64,000 nucleotides of DNA from an uncultured Deferribacteraceae bacterium (GTDB lineage: Bacteria; Chrysiogenota; Deferribacteres; CAMZNJ01): the NCBI GenBank assembly GCA_947313855.1, contig CAMZNS010000010.1, positions 12,769 through 76,768 of the forward strand. The letters run 5' to 3'. Shown here in pieces: positions 29,807-40,406 of the stretch; positions within the stretch are counted from its first letter, which is position 1, and each line of letters opens with the position of its first letter. Under the pieces are notes generated by a model. That model had not been told where the DNA came from and searched no databases. It worked only from the letters and a program-made list of their open reading frames with translations. The position numbers and the translations under genes were made by a program.

Positions 29807-30268
29807 ATGGTAGGTTTTATCGACATGACTTTGATTTACGCATCACTATTTGCACCCATACTGATTTTCGCCGTTGTAGGTTTTCGCAAAGGGGCGATGT
29901 TTACGTTGTTGTCCCTTTTGGTGTTTAACATTGCGTACCAAATATCTGTTTTGGCAACACCGTTTGTTTATATTTTGGTTGTGTCGTTGCTCCCGTTTTT
30001 GGAGAGCACTGCCTACCCATACGTTTATGTTACACTGCTGGGGTTGTTGTACCTTGGCGGTGTACGTTTAACATTTTTCGCCATAGGCAAGATTTCTGGT
30101 TCGGTAAGATTTTTCATGTTTTCGCGATTGCTGACGTTCATTGATATCAGTCTTCGTACCGCACCGAGTCTACGTTCTAGCATATTGGGTGGCATACTTG
30201 GTCTTGTTTGGGGTTTGTTGGTAACGGTTGCAGTATTTTATTTGATTACGATCTACTATGTCGCTTAA
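29807..30268 (+). CDS. Second CvpA-like membrane protein (tandem paralogue)
   Basis: MVGFIDMTLIYASLFAPILIFAVVGFRKGAMFTL mirrors the CvpA N-terminus of the preceding gene. 4 TM. Confidence 0.5.
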   Translation: MVGFIDMTLIYASLFAPILIFAVVGFRKGAMFTLLSLLVFNIAYQISVLATPFVYILVVSLLPFLESTAYPYVYVTLLGLLYLGGVRLTFFAIGKISGSVRFFMFSRLLTFIDISLRTAPSLRSSILGGILGLVWGLLVTVAVFYLITIYYVA

Positions 30269-30274
30269 CAACAT

Positions 30275-30318
30275 TGCTACGATGAGTCTTGCTACGATGA
30301 GTCTTGCTACGATGAACA
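30275..30318. repeat. 18-bp tandem repeat x3 (gagtcttgctacgatga)
   Basis: Direct reading. Just upstream of mutS2. Confidence 0.9.
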
Positions 30319-30343
30319 TTATTGAGCTAGTGGGGCTAGACGT

Positions 30344-32890
30344 ATGATACACTCTACTCATGTTGCGGGGCATGGTTCTTCTGAGGATTATGCTGCCCTA
30401 GATTTTGGCACTTTCAAAACTCTTCTCTCCAGTCGTTATGTTTCGTCATTCTCCCTAGATTTTTTTTCAGGTTTGGAGCCCCTACTAAGCTCCGATGGTA
30501 GCACCCGTATGGATGGGATATTTCGTTCGCACAAGCTGTTTGGCGAGTCGATGTTGTTTGTGCCATTGTCGTCTTATTCCCCTGCCCCCGACACTGTTTT
30601 TTTCCATCTGATGGACGATGTGGACATGGAGTTTCGCACAACATTTGAGGGGTTGTGGCTGTACAATTTTCAACTGCTAATTCATGATGTTGAGTTGCTA
30701 CGCACCTTACTGTCTGATTTCAAAGACACCCCTGCGTTGACCGCCCTTGCTTTGTCCCTCCCTGACTACTCCTCTTTGGCGAGTAGTATTCGTCGGTCTG
30801 TGGATGATCTTGGTGGTGTTCGCGATGATGCGACTCCTGAGTTGCGTCGTATTCGTGGTGTGCTTCGTTCGTCTCGTAGTACTGCGTACGGTATCGCACA
30901 AAATTATACGCATGGTGCGAACTCCTCCCGTTTTATTCAGGATGATGTTTTGACCATGAAAAATGGTCGCTACACCATTGCTTGCAAGAGCTCTTACAAG
31001 AGTCATATTTCCAACGGCATTTTGCAGGGTGTGTCGAAATCTGGTCAGACATTTTTTGTTGAGCCGTCAGACTTGGCATCGGTGAATAATAGTATTCATC
31101 AGGCGTTGTCCGATGAGCGTGCGGAGGTGTTTCGAATACTTCGCGACTTGTCGGATGAGGTGTATGATAGTTACGCGAATTTTGTGCATCTTTGGTCGTT
31201 GTATGGCGAGTTGCTGTTTTTCTTGGAGACCGCACACATTTACGCTCAGTTTGAGTATTGTTACCCCGAGTTTTCTAACACTAGTATCAACTTAGTTGAT
31301 GTTCATCACCCTGTAATTTACTTGATGAGTCGTGCAACTGGTGGTGCAACTGGTGGTGCAACTGGTGGTAAGTCGTCGTCATCTATTCCTATTTCGTTTG
31401 ATTTGGACGAGAGTTGCTCCTTGGCTGTTATCTCTGGTGCCAACGCTGGCGGTAAGAGTTCGGCGTTGAAATCTGTGGGCTTGAACCACATCATCGCCAA
31501 GTGTGGGCTCCCCCTGTTTGGCAAAAAAGCTGTTGTGATGGATTACCGCACCATCATGGCAGACATAGGCGATCATCAGTCCATAGACATGAGCCTCTCC
31601 ACCTTTTCCGCCAATGTGGCTAACATCAAACGTGTGCTCGAAACAGCTCAAGGGAACGATCTTGTTCTGCTCGATGAACTCGGATCCTCCACGGAGCCTC
31701 GCGAAGGTGCTGCCTTGGCTGTTGCTGTTTTGGAGAGTATGCTGTCGAAAGGTGTGAAGTGCATCGTTACCACCCATTACGGCGAAGTGAAAAAGCTTGG
31801 CTTTGCCCACGAAAGGGCTGTCTCTTACGGCACAACGTTTGACGACGAAACACTCATGCCAACGTACAAGCTCCTCAAAGGGATCATGGGGGTGTCTAAT
31901 CCGTTTACCCTGGCAAGACGAATGGGACTACCCGAAGAGGTGCTGGAACGTGCCGAACACCTTGTAGACGAAAGTCGAACCATGCTGGAAAAAAGTGTGG
32001 AAGAACTCAACGAAATGCGTGTAAAAGTTGACGCACAAGCTCTGGAAGTAGCCGAACTCGAAAAATACCTCAACGAACAACACGACGACCTAAAACAACG
32101 CGAAGACCAACTAACAACCAAACTCGCCATGAAAGAAGAAGACCTCCTAAGCGAAACAATGGCTCTGCTACAACAAGCAAAACGACTCTCCAAAGAGGCT
32201 ATTCGCAACTCCGTGAGAGGCGGAAAGGTGGGAGCAACAACACCAAACAAACCTGAAATGAAGATGCAAAATGCCGAAACACTACTAACAGCTGTTCAAG
32301 GTCGCGTCAAAGCTGTGGACAAACACAAAGTGGCACTCAAAGACATTAACGTCGGACACACAATATTCCTCAACAAATACCAGAAAGAAGCAACAGTTAC
32401 CGCCGTCGAAGGATCAAAAATCGTACTCGACCTCGGCGGGATGAGGGTAACATTCCCACGAAAAGATATCAATAACCAAACAGCAGCCGTCGTGGACAAA
32501 AGTAGCCGTGGAAATAGTCGCAGAGACACTGACAGCAACACTGACAGCAACACAGGACGAAAAGCATCGCACACCAAAAATACACAACACAAACAACGAA
32601 CACACAACGGTGCCCAAGTTATCAATACCGTAAATACATACACATCGATGGAGAAAGTGTTGGTAGGGATGCGTGTGGATGACGGAATCGACGAACTGGA
32701 CAGATTCCTAGACGAAGCTGTGCTCTCTAACCACGACAAAGTATACGTGATACATGGACGTGGGAGTGGTGATCTGCGTCGAGCTGTGCACCAGTTTCTG
32801 AAGTCTGATAGGCGGGTCAAAACATTCCGACTAGCAGACCACGAACAGGGCGAACAAGGATTTGACGCCGTAACAGTTGTATTCCTGTAA
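30344..32890 (+). CDS. mutS2: Endonuclease MutS2 (MutS domain V ATPase plus C-terminal Smr domain)
   Basis: Walker A ISGANAGGKSSALKSVGL, DELGSST, coiled coil, C-terminal Smr (VYVIHGRGSGDLRRAVHQFL). In-frame repeats ATGGATGGATGG (31334-31369) and DTDSNTDSNT (32527-32556). Confidence 0.9.
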   Translation: MIHSTHVAGHGSSEDYAALDFGTFKTLLSSRYVSSFSLDFFSGLEPLLSSDGSTRMDGIFRSHKLFGESMLFVPLSSYSPAPDTVFFHLMDDVDMEFRTTFEGLWLYNFQLLIHDVELLRTLLSDFKDTPALTALALSLPDYSSLASSIRRSVDDLGGVRDDATPELRRIRGVLRSSRSTAYGIAQNYTHGANSSRFIQDDVLTMKNGRYTIACKSSYKSHISNGILQGVSKSGQTFFVEPSDLASVNNSIHQALSDERAEVFRILRDLSDEVYDSYANFVHLWSLYGELLFFLETAHIYAQFEYCYPEFSNTSINLVDVHHPVIYLMSRATGGATGGATGGKSSSSIPISFDLDESCSLAVISGANAGGKSSALKSVGLNHIIAKCGLPLFGKKAVVMDYRTIMADIGDHQSIDMSLSTFSANVANIKRVLETAQGNDLVLLDELGSSTEPREGAALAVAVLESMLSKGVKCIVTTHYGEVKKLGFAHERAVSYGTTFDDETLMPTYKLLKGIMGVSNPFTLARRMGLPEEVLERAEHLVDESRTMLEKSVEELNEMRVKVDAQALEVAELEKYLNEQHDDLKQREDQLTTKLAMKEEDLLSETMALLQQAKRLSKEAIRNSVRGGKVGATTPNKPEMKMQNAETLLTAVQGRVKAVDKHKVALKDINVGHTIFLNKYQKEATVTAVEGSKIVLDLGGMRVTFPRKDINNQTAAVVDKSSRGNSRRDTDSNTDSNTGRKASHTKNTQHKQRTHNGAQVINTVNTYTSMEKVLVGMRVDDGIDELDRFLDEAVLSNHDKVYVIHGRGSGDLRRAVHQFLKSDRRVKTFRLADHEQGEQGFDAVTVVFL

Positions 32891-33006
32891 GCTAACGAAT
32901 TGCCTTGCCAAATGCCTTGCCAAAGTTGCACTACTTTGCTACAATAAACCTATTTTAGTGCGTAAACTAGGAACAAAAATACACACACAAGCAGGAGCCA
33001 AGAAGA

Positions 33007-34659
33007 ATGTTTTTTATGAAGACAAGGTATGTATTACTTTACTTATTAGGCATGGCAATAATCGCAACCTACATGCTGACTGCAGTGGCGTGGGCTGAAT
33101 CGGATGACCTTGACTCCGAAAATACCACCAGAAATACCACCGAAAATACCGACAACTACAGCGACGCCGGAAGCGACACAGCAGCGTACGACTTCGCATA
33201 CAACACCAGTGTGGACTATCGAAGCATACGAGAACGTGCCATACAATTCTCCACCACCACGGCCGTCAACAACATGAACAGCATAAACAACAACAACCTC
33301 ATACTCGCCAACATATTTATCTATAACCAAAGCCAGCAAAAAAACGTTGCATTTGTTGACAAAAGCAACCTCACAATATATGTGGGAACTTACCAAGGCG
33401 ATAAACTCGAAATAACCGATACATTCGACATCCTAGTCGGTGAAGCAGAGGGGGACAAAGTACGCGAAGGGGATCGAAAAACACCCGAAGGGGTCTACTA
33501 CACCGTGGACTACCTAAGCAATAAATACCTCACAAACCGATACGGAAACCAAGTGGGAAATATCTACGGCACAGGAGCTTTCCCCATCAACTACCCCAAC
33601 ATTGTCGACAAAATAGAAGGGCGAGGCGGAAGCGGTATCTGGATACACGGACTCAACCCCGAAAAACACAAACCCGTTACCCTCGGGTGCATCGCCATGG
33701 GGAACGAACGATTCGACCGACTAATGACCTACATGAACGTAGGGGTGACCACGGTCATCGGCGAAACACTAAACTTTACCCCCGACAGGGATGCCTACCT
33801 AAAGGAAAAAACTCGCTACTACAACTTCATCGAAAACTTCACAAACGCTTGGAGCACAAACAATTACGACGCTTACGCCGAAATGTTCCACCAACAGTTT
33901 AGAACACCAGCAGGGGTCAGGCGTGGAAGCTTCCTTGGACGCAAAAAAAGCATAATGGATTACGGACTCTCAATCAACAAACAAACAAACAAAAACATTA
34001 CCAACACAACAAACACCGTGGAAACAACAGGGGCAACTCTTGCCGAAAACAGACGCATCGCACAAATGCTCAAAGGGAACAAACTAATCACCTTCAACAA
34101 CCTAACAGTATTCGTTGAGCGAGACCTAGTTGTCTACGACTTCAACCAACTCTACGCAACCAACAACCTCATCTCCTACGGCAATAAGCGTTACTACGTC
34201 AAAGATACTGCCAACGAACTCGATGGACGCAACGGACGCAACGGACGCAACGGACTGCAGGTAATATCGGAAGAGTTCACACCCAGCGATGCCAACACCA
34301 AAAAAGAGGCGATTATGCCTTACGTGCAAACATTCCTGCAAACGTGGATACAGGCTTGGGAAACCAAAGATGTGGACGGCTACACAGCAATGTACTCGCC
34401 GGCATTCCGCCACAAAGGCACAAACATGGGGCTAAGACAGTTTGCCGCATACAAACAAGGCGTATTCCAGAGGGCGGGGAACATCTCCGTGGAATACTCC
34501 AACGTAACAATCGAATCCATTGCCGCAGGTAGTGTTACCGTGAGCTTTACACAAAAATACTCATCAGACACCGTCGCCGATACGGGCAAAAAAGTCTTAG
34601 TGCTAACAGGGCGACCCGATCTATTCAGTATCCGCTCCGAAGCTTGGTTCAAACTGTAA
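33007..34659 (+). CDS. L,D-transpeptidase (YkuD domain) with two C-terminal NTF2/SnoaL-like (DUF4440-type) domains
   Basis: Signal peptide. Catalytic GSGIWIHGLNPEKHKPVTLGCIAMGN (His...Gly-Cys). Two copies of the pattern F..W..AW...D.D.Y..MF downstream. In-frame GRNGRNGRNG (34225-34253). Confidence 0.7.
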   Translation: MFFMKTRYVLLYLLGMAIIATYMLTAVAWAESDDLDSENTTRNTTENTDNYSDAGSDTAAYDFAYNTSVDYRSIRERAIQFSTTTAVNNMNSINNNNLILANIFIYNQSQQKNVAFVDKSNLTIYVGTYQGDKLEITDTFDILVGEAEGDKVREGDRKTPEGVYYTVDYLSNKYLTNRYGNQVGNIYGTGAFPINYPNIVDKIEGRGGSGIWIHGLNPEKHKPVTLGCIAMGNERFDRLMTYMNVGVTTVIGETLNFTPDRDAYLKEKTRYYNFIENFTNAWSTNNYDAYAEMFHQQFRTPAGVRRGSFLGRKKSIMDYGLSINKQTNKNITNTTNTVETTGATLAENRRIAQMLKGNKLITFNNLTVFVERDLVVYDFNQLYATNNLISYGNKRYYVKDTANELDGRNGRNGRNGLQVISEEFTPSDANTKKEAIMPYVQTFLQTWIQAWETKDVDGYTAMYSPAFRHKGTNMGLRQFAAYKQGVFQRAGNISVEYSNVTIESIAAGSVTVSFTQKYSSDTVADTGKKVLVLTGRPDLFSIRSEAWFKL

Positions 34660-34721
34660 TGGCACACAACTTAAATGGGGCACTTATCATACGTCAAAGA
34701 TTGTCAAAAAGGGGAACAGAT

Positions 34722-36374
34722 ATGAAACATAAACACAACGCCCCTACTCTAAACACGCCTGTATGGAGCCCGAGAGCTACAACTATCTACACACTGACCC
34801 TTTTACTAACGGTTGGCATCATCCTAATCGCTACGTCCTCCACTGCTCATGCACGCAAGATGGTGTTTGAACCCAACAACGTGAAACATATTTCATACTT
34901 CCCGCAAACCGACTACTCACTAGACGTATACATTATCACAGGTGCAAAACCCGGTGCAACAGGACTCATTGTCGGCGGTATTCAGGGCGACGAAGAGGGG
35001 GGCTACCTTGCCGCTGATCAGTTTATCGACATGCAGGTGGATACCGGAACACTAATCGTTATCCCACGTGCCAACGCAAAGGCTGTTGCCATTGCTGAGC
35101 GTGCAACGGCTGTGGACATGAATCGCCAATTCAAAAATATTACTTATGAAAAGATGCGTGGTGCCATTGAAACCATCAAAAAATATATCAGTGAAGCGGA
35201 TGTGTTTATTAATTTCCACGATGGCTGGGGGTTTCACCGTAAGGTGTACACCGATTGGTCGTATTCCCCTGATAGGTTCGGTCAATCGGTTGTTACCGAC
35301 TCCGACGAATACACATGTAGCAACGACACCATACTAAACCTACGTGAACCAGCATTCATAGCCATAAAAAGTGCCAACGAACGCATTCAGCTAGAAAAAT
35401 ACTACCTCGAATACTTCAACACAAGAACTTTTGAAGAAACATCGAAATACTACACATCCATGACAAACGCATCCACCTACTACGTACTGACAGCTGAATG
35501 CAAGCCTGCTTTCGCAATCGAGGCATCCAAAAACCTGCCAACGGTTAGAGACAAAGTCTTGGTACATGTTTACGCCGCCATCCCACTGCTAGCATATTAC
35601 GGCATTATCGTCAACGAATCGGTGTCGCCAGTGGTGGCACCAACCATGAACCATGTTGTTGTAGATGTGGACGGTACGGAGTATGCTGTGCAAGCGGGGC
35701 AAACCATCAACGTAACACAAGGCTCCACGATCACGGTGAAAAATATTTACGGCAACTATCGACGTGGCTACACTGTGGATATTATCGGGGTCAATGCGAA
35801 AGGGGAGCGTGGGCAGTTGGACACAAATACGCCCCATGTAATGTCTGAGCGTGGTAAGGTTGTGGCAAATGTCTACAAAGACTCCGTTAGCGTTGGCAAG
35901 GTGTTTTTCCGAGTGCAAGCACCTGTGCAAGCACCTGTGCAAGCACCTGTGCCTCGGGGAGGGGGCGAAATCTTGTCCGAAGGGCTAACCACACCGACAA
36001 CACCATCCCTGCTGGCTTCAGTCAATGGACAGATAGGCGTCTACCCTGTTGCTCAAAATATCGTACTCAACAAAGGGGACGCTTTCATACCCATCTATTT
36101 CCTCCTACCAAAAACAGATGTGCCTTATTCTGTTAACGTTATTAACATCAAGGGGTTTGTGCCCAAGGGGCTCCCTTCAGGTGTAAATACTGGGAACGAC
36201 ATGGGGCACACAATGGTTGCGGGCGTGTCTGACATGTTGGCACAGTATGCTGTTCCCCCCACTGCAGGGGATGATTTCGGTGTTGGCGAGGTGTTCCCCA
36301 TTGTGGTGGAGTATACCATGGCAGACTCTGTTGCTCGCAAGGTGGAAGTTTTTCGTATCCAAATCCTAAAGTAG
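34722..36374 (+). CDS. Secreted AstE/AspA (succinylglutamate desuccinylase/aspartoacylase, M14-like) family protein with a variant metal site, plus a C-terminal beta-rich extension
   Basis: Signal/TM anchor. GGIQGDEEGG where the family has G.HGNE.G (His->Gln), followed by the DMNRQF motif (family DLNR.F). In-frame QAPVQAPVQAPV (35914-35952). Start ATG 34722 (RBS AAAGGGGA). Confidence 0.5.
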   Translation: MKHKHNAPTLNTPVWSPRATTIYTLTLLLTVGIILIATSSTAHARKMVFEPNNVKHISYFPQTDYSLDVYIITGAKPGATGLIVGGIQGDEEGGYLAADQFIDMQVDTGTLIVIPRANAKAVAIAERATAVDMNRQFKNITYEKMRGAIETIKKYISEADVFINFHDGWGFHRKVYTDWSYSPDRFGQSVVTDSDEYTCSNDTILNLREPAFIAIKSANERIQLEKYYLEYFNTRTFEETSKYYTSMTNASTYYVLTAECKPAFAIEASKNLPTVRDKVLVHVYAAIPLLAYYGIIVNESVSPVVAPTMNHVVVDVDGTEYAVQAGQTINVTQGSTITVKNIYGNYRRGYTVDIIGVNAKGERGQLDTNTPHVMSERGKVVANVYKDSVSVGKVFFRVQAPVQAPVQAPVPRGGGEILSEGLTTPTTPSLLASVNGQIGVYPVAQNIVLNKGDAFIPIYFLLPKTDVPYSVNVINIKGFVPKGLPSGVNTGNDMGHTMVAGVSDMLAQYAVPPTAGDDFGVGEVFPIVVEYTMADSVARKVEVFRIQILK

Positions 36375-36390
36375 TAAAGTAGGGGGCATT

Positions 36391-37425
36391 ATGGAGTTGA
36401 GCTTCATCAACAACCTGCAACGCCACTTCAACCCTTCGGGGGGTGTGGACGGTATTGGGGATGATGGTGTTTTTGTGTCACCCTACATTTACGTTAGCGA
36501 TACCGTTGTGGAGGGGGTACATTTCCACCCCACCACGCCACGTAAGCATGTGTTGCACTACCTATTCACGTCGAATATTAGCGATATGGCTGCCATGGGG
36601 GCGAAGGCTGAGTATGGGATACTCAACATTAGTGCCCCTGTGGCGTTTCTGTCTTCGGAAACAGCTAGCACCATCAAAGAGCTGTGCCATGCGAACGGGA
36701 TTCGCCTTATTGGTGGAGATACTTGTGGCGGCTCCAGTGTTGTGCTGTCCCTCACACTTTTTGGCAGGGCAGAGCATAATATTCTAACACGCTCGGGTGC
36801 CACGGCTGGGGATATCATATTCATATCGCGACCCATTGGTCTCACCAACATTGCCCTCGCCAACGAAACACAGCTGAGTCGTCGTTCTCACGAAACGAAT
36901 AACTCAGTGGAGTTGGGAAATCCATTGGAAGGGGAACTCGACCTGTACTACCACTACAACCGCCCTCCGGAGACGAAACTAGGTCTGCACCTAGCTGCCA
37001 CCGGTGTTGTAACATCGTGCATGGACATATCCGACGGACTCGGTGTTGACCTAACAAGGCTCGGGAAAAGTAGTGGTGTGCGGTGTGTTGTCCATGAGGA
37101 CGCCCTCCCGTTGGAGCATATTGAAACCATGGTTGATCGTGTGCAAAAGTTGGGTGGGATGATCGGCGTTGATGGTACGGACGTGGGCAGGGTTTCACCT
37201 TTGGAGCACGCACTTTCGTCGGGACAAGAATTTGCACTACTGTTTACCGTTGCACCCCAAGAGGCGTACGGACTGCAAGAACATTTGCGAACAGCTTTGG
37301 GGCGTGAGATTATCCCTGTGGGTTGGTGCGAGGAGTATGTTGAAGGTGAGCACCATGGGGTTGTTTGTCTGCAGGATAGCACAACTGAGAGCATCGCCAA
37401 CAGAGGCTGGATACACGGTAACTAG
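36391..37425 (+). CDS. thiL: Thiamine-monophosphate kinase
   Basis: N-terminal GIGDDGVFV motif and PurM-like (AIR synthase-related) fold signature. 344 aa. Confidence 0.75.
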   Translation: MELSFINNLQRHFNPSGGVDGIGDDGVFVSPYIYVSDTVVEGVHFHPTTPRKHVLHYLFTSNISDMAAMGAKAEYGILNISAPVAFLSSETASTIKELCHANGIRLIGGDTCGGSSVVLSLTLFGRAEHNILTRSGATAGDIIFISRPIGLTNIALANETQLSRRSHETNNSVELGNPLEGELDLYYHYNRPPETKLGLHLAATGVVTSCMDISDGLGVDLTRLGKSSGVRCVVHEDALPLEHIETMVDRVQKLGGMIGVDGTDVGRVSPLEHALSSGQEFALLFTVAPQEAYGLQEHLRTALGREIIPVGWCEEYVEGEHHGVVCLQDSTTESIANRGWIHGN

Positions 37426-37460
37426 GCACACGGCAACTAGCCACACAGCACACAAAGACA

Positions 37461-38366
37461 CTACAGCAGTACGTCTAGAAGTACTCCCACCATTACCGCA
37501 ATGCTAATGTAAATATTAACGTTGAACGCCTGCATGAGGTGATTCGTCCCCCTGCTACTGTGGTTATCCCTGCTAGCAATGACGTGTTGCCAGACGATTA
37601 GAACACCGACGATTAATACTGCCATGTAAAACCATGACCCTAACCCCAAAAATACTCCAGACAAGACCAACAGAGCCACAAATAGGGCATGAAGCAAACG
37701 CGATAGAAACACAGCACTACTGCGACCCAATATTGACGGTACTGAGTGGAGACGCTCCCTCCTGTCGAAATCCATATCCTGAAGGGCGTAAATAATGTCG
37801 AACCCAGCTGTCCACACAAGGACGCTGCCACCCAAAAGGATAATCCCCCACGAGATGGTTCCCGTAATGGCAATAAACGCACCAATAGGGGCGATGGCAA
37901 GGGATAAACCAAGGATAAAATGGCACAAAGCTGTAAACCTCTTGCTGTAGGCATACAGCACAAACAGGGCGACGGGGATGGGGGCTAGGATGAAGCACAG
38001 GGGGGAGAGTAGGAGGGCGGCGATACCATAACCGATAACCGATATGGTTATGAAAACCATGGAGGTGGCGTTGGATATCTGTCCAGAGGGTATCTCCCTG
38101 CCAGCTGTTCGAGGGTTTCGTCGGTCGATACCGCTGTCAATCACACGGTTTACACCCATGGCAACACTGCGAGCAAATGCAACCGCAATCACAATCAGAA
38201 TAGCATCACCAATGAACCCGTAGATAGACGATCCAACAGGGTCGACACGGTACTGATATGCAATGGCGATGGCAGTTGCCGATACCGCAAAGGGCATGGC
38301 AAAGAGTGTATGGCTGATTTTTATCATTTTGGAGTAGGTTGTTATCTGTGCAAAAAGGGTATTCAT
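37461..38366 (-). CDS. UbiA-family aromatic prenyltransferase (UbiA/MenA-like)
   Basis: 8-9 TM. First Asp-rich motif NRVIDSGIDRRNPRT (NxxxDxxxD). 301 aa. Confidence 0.7.
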   Translation of the reverse strand: MNTLFAQITTYSKMIKISHTLFAMPFAVSATAIAIAYQYRVDPVGSSIYGFIGDAILIVIAVAFARSVAMGVNRVIDSGIDRRNPRTAGREIPSGQISNATSMVFITISVIGYGIAALLLSPLCFILAPIPVALFVLYAYSKRFTALCHFILGLSLAIAPIGAFIAITGTISWGIILLGGSVLVWTAGFDIIYALQDMDFDRRERLHSVPSILGRSSAVFLSRLLHALFVALLVLSGVFLGLGSWFYMAVLIVGVLIVWQHVIASRDNHSSRGTNHLMQAFNVNIYISIAVMVGVLLDVLL

Positions 38367-38404
38367 GCCCCCATTTTAACGGATTTGCTGGATTAAATCA
38401 ATAA

Positions 38405-38490
38405 AGTTTATGGGTAGCGTTGCGGTAGCGGTAGCGTTGCGGTTGTACAACTGTGCACAATTGTGCACGATTGTGCACGATTGTGCAGAA
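38405..38490. repeat. Intergenic tandem repeats (agcgttgcggt units; ttgtgcacgattgtgcacgattgtgca)
   Basis: Direct reading between ubiA-like and the following membrane protein. Confidence 0.85.
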
Positions 38491-38559
38491 GGCATAAATA
38501 TTGCTAGTTTACTTGGGAAACTATCAGTACGTCTTATTAAGGTTCCCTTTGGGAGAAGC

Positions 38560-39822
38560 ATGGGTGCAAATACAAATATTCTACAAAAAATACAGGTCGG
38601 GTTCTCAACCTTAGGGATTTGGTTAGGGCTACGAATGATCGGTTTTACGATCCTAATTGCTGTGTCCGGAGCAGTGTTTGTTTCGGGGATCAAAATTGGT
38701 GCCGAAGAGAACTCTAATTCGTACAATGTTCAGGGGAACTACTTCTACAACATAAAACTACTCTCACCACCATACTTCAAGTCTGGGGGGAGTATTACCT
38801 TTTTCAGTCAGTTTTATCTGTCCAAAAATTTCCGTGAAGACAATAGTTTTGTGTACATGTTGAGCAATGGTGATGATAGGCGGATAATTGCCATTAACAA
38901 AACGGCTGATGGTGTAAAGTATTCCGATATTAAGGTCGGTTATAATTTTTCTGATTACATTCGGTTGGATATCCCTGAATCGTTTGAGAAGAGCAGTTAC
39001 GATATTAGTGTTGGGTTTGCCTATGCGGATCAGCCTTTGGAGTCTATTCTCGAGCGTGAGAATGTGGATAATCTGTTCATTAAGGTGTTAACCATTTACA
39101 GGGTTACCGATTCTGATGCTGTGAGGATAGCTTTTGCGGCCATAGTATTGGTTGTTTCTCTTGCTGGTTTGTCCATAGCTTTGGCAGAGATATTGTTGCC
39201 GTCCACCAAGGTCAACACAGTGTTATCTCTGACAGCCATGACTTTTGCCATGGGTGTGACTTTCATGACCATGGTGGTAACATTTAGTTTTGCTTCGTCC
39301 ATGTGGGTTTTTGGTCGTGTTATCATACCTGAGTATATTTTCATATTCACGTTGCCATTTTTCATTATTGTCCTTTGGTTCTCCCTGTTTTACCTAATAC
39401 TGGGACGAATAGATACGGCATTGTATTTAATTATTATGTTTGTTGCTCTTTTGGCGACCACTCACATTTATATTGCTAATTACGAGGGTAATACTTCGGG
39501 CAATATGCTTGACATTATTTTGGGTATTGATGATCTTTTTATGTATTTGATAACGGATAAGTATGTTGGGAGTCTCATCGCCCTGATGTTCTTTGCCTTG
39601 GTCATACTGATTGCAAATACTTATCGCAAGGTTTTGTTTTCAAGCACATTTGTGCTACGTTTTTATCTGTTTCTTGGGATGTTGATTATCAATATTGCGT
39701 TGTTCTCCATAATAGACTACGTTATGGTGTCGTATACTGGGATTAACATTCTCAACATGATGAATTCTTTCGAATTTTTCGGTTTGTTCATATCGTACTT
39801 CACTTCGTACATTAACTTGTAA
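38560..39822 (+). CDS. Hypothetical polytopic membrane protein
   Basis: About 420 aa. N-terminal TM, large extracytoplasmic domain, then 7 or more TM helices. No recognisable family. Start 38560 with a GGGAGAAG RBS. The ORF extends to 38410 through the repeats. Confidence 0.55.
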   Translation: MGANTNILQKIQVGFSTLGIWLGLRMIGFTILIAVSGAVFVSGIKIGAEENSNSYNVQGNYFYNIKLLSPPYFKSGGSITFFSQFYLSKNFREDNSFVYMLSNGDDRRIIAINKTADGVKYSDIKVGYNFSDYIRLDIPESFEKSSYDISVGFAYADQPLESILERENVDNLFIKVLTIYRVTDSDAVRIAFAAIVLVVSLAGLSIALAEILLPSTKVNTVLSLTAMTFAMGVTFMTMVVTFSFASSMWVFGRVIIPEYIFIFTLPFFIIVLWFSLFYLILGRIDTALYLIIMFVALLATTHIYIANYEGNTSGNMLDIILGIDDLFMYLITDKYVGSLIALMFFALVILIANTYRKVLFSSTFVLRFYLFLGMLIINIALFSIIDYVMVSYTGINILNMMNSFEFFGLFISYFTSYINL

Positions 39823-39833
39823 CCTGCCTAGCG

Positions 39834-40406
39834 TTAGGGTAGCTGTAGCGAATCCAAAATTCCACTTTGCAGGGGTAGCATTACGTTGCTGTCGCAATCT
39901 TGTATATGGTCGAAGCCTAGCAGGTGCAGTGTGCCATGAATGAGAAGGAACGCAACCTCCTTGGTAACGCTATGACCGAGGGTAATACTCTGTCTGAGTG
40001 CTACAGGTGTGCATATGATGATGTCGCCTAGGGGGATGGTGGTGTTGCTGGTGTTGACGGTGTTGCTGGTGTTGCTGGTGTTGCTGGCGTTGACGGTGGA
40101 CTGAATAAGTTGGTGAATGGTGGTAACCTCCTGTGCGTCAAACAGGGGGAACGTTAGAACGTCGGTGGGTTTGTTTACCTGCCGATGGGTATTGTTGATG
40201 TCTTGCATCTGGACTTCGTCCACCATGGTGAGGTGGATGGTGAACGTTGCTGTTGCGTTGTTGTCAGCCATGCCCATTTTCTCTACAACGGTTGCGTTGT
40301 TGACAGTACTGGTTGCCGCTCGGAGTAGTGTGGCGTTGATGTTCGCATCGCTGATATTTGCATCGCTGTTAGCGTGTGGGTTTACGATTAGTGTTACTTT
40401 GTGCAT
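39834..40406 (-). CDS. ybeY: Endoribonuclease YbeY (16S rRNA 3'-end maturation)
   Basis: Zn-binding motif HGTLHLLGFDH. In-frame NTSNTSNTVNTSNTT repeat (40039-40097) inserted in the core. Overlaps the phoH 3' end. Confidence 0.8.
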   Translation of the reverse strand: MHKVTLIVNPHANSDANISDANINATLLRAATSTVNNATVVEKMGMADNNATATFTIHLTMVDEVQMQDINNTHRQVNKPTDVLTFPLFDAQEVTTIHQLIQSTVNASNTSNTSNTVNTSNTTIPLGDIIICTPVALRQSITLGHSVTKEVAFLLIHGTLHLLGFDHIQDCDSNVMLPLQSGILDSLQLP

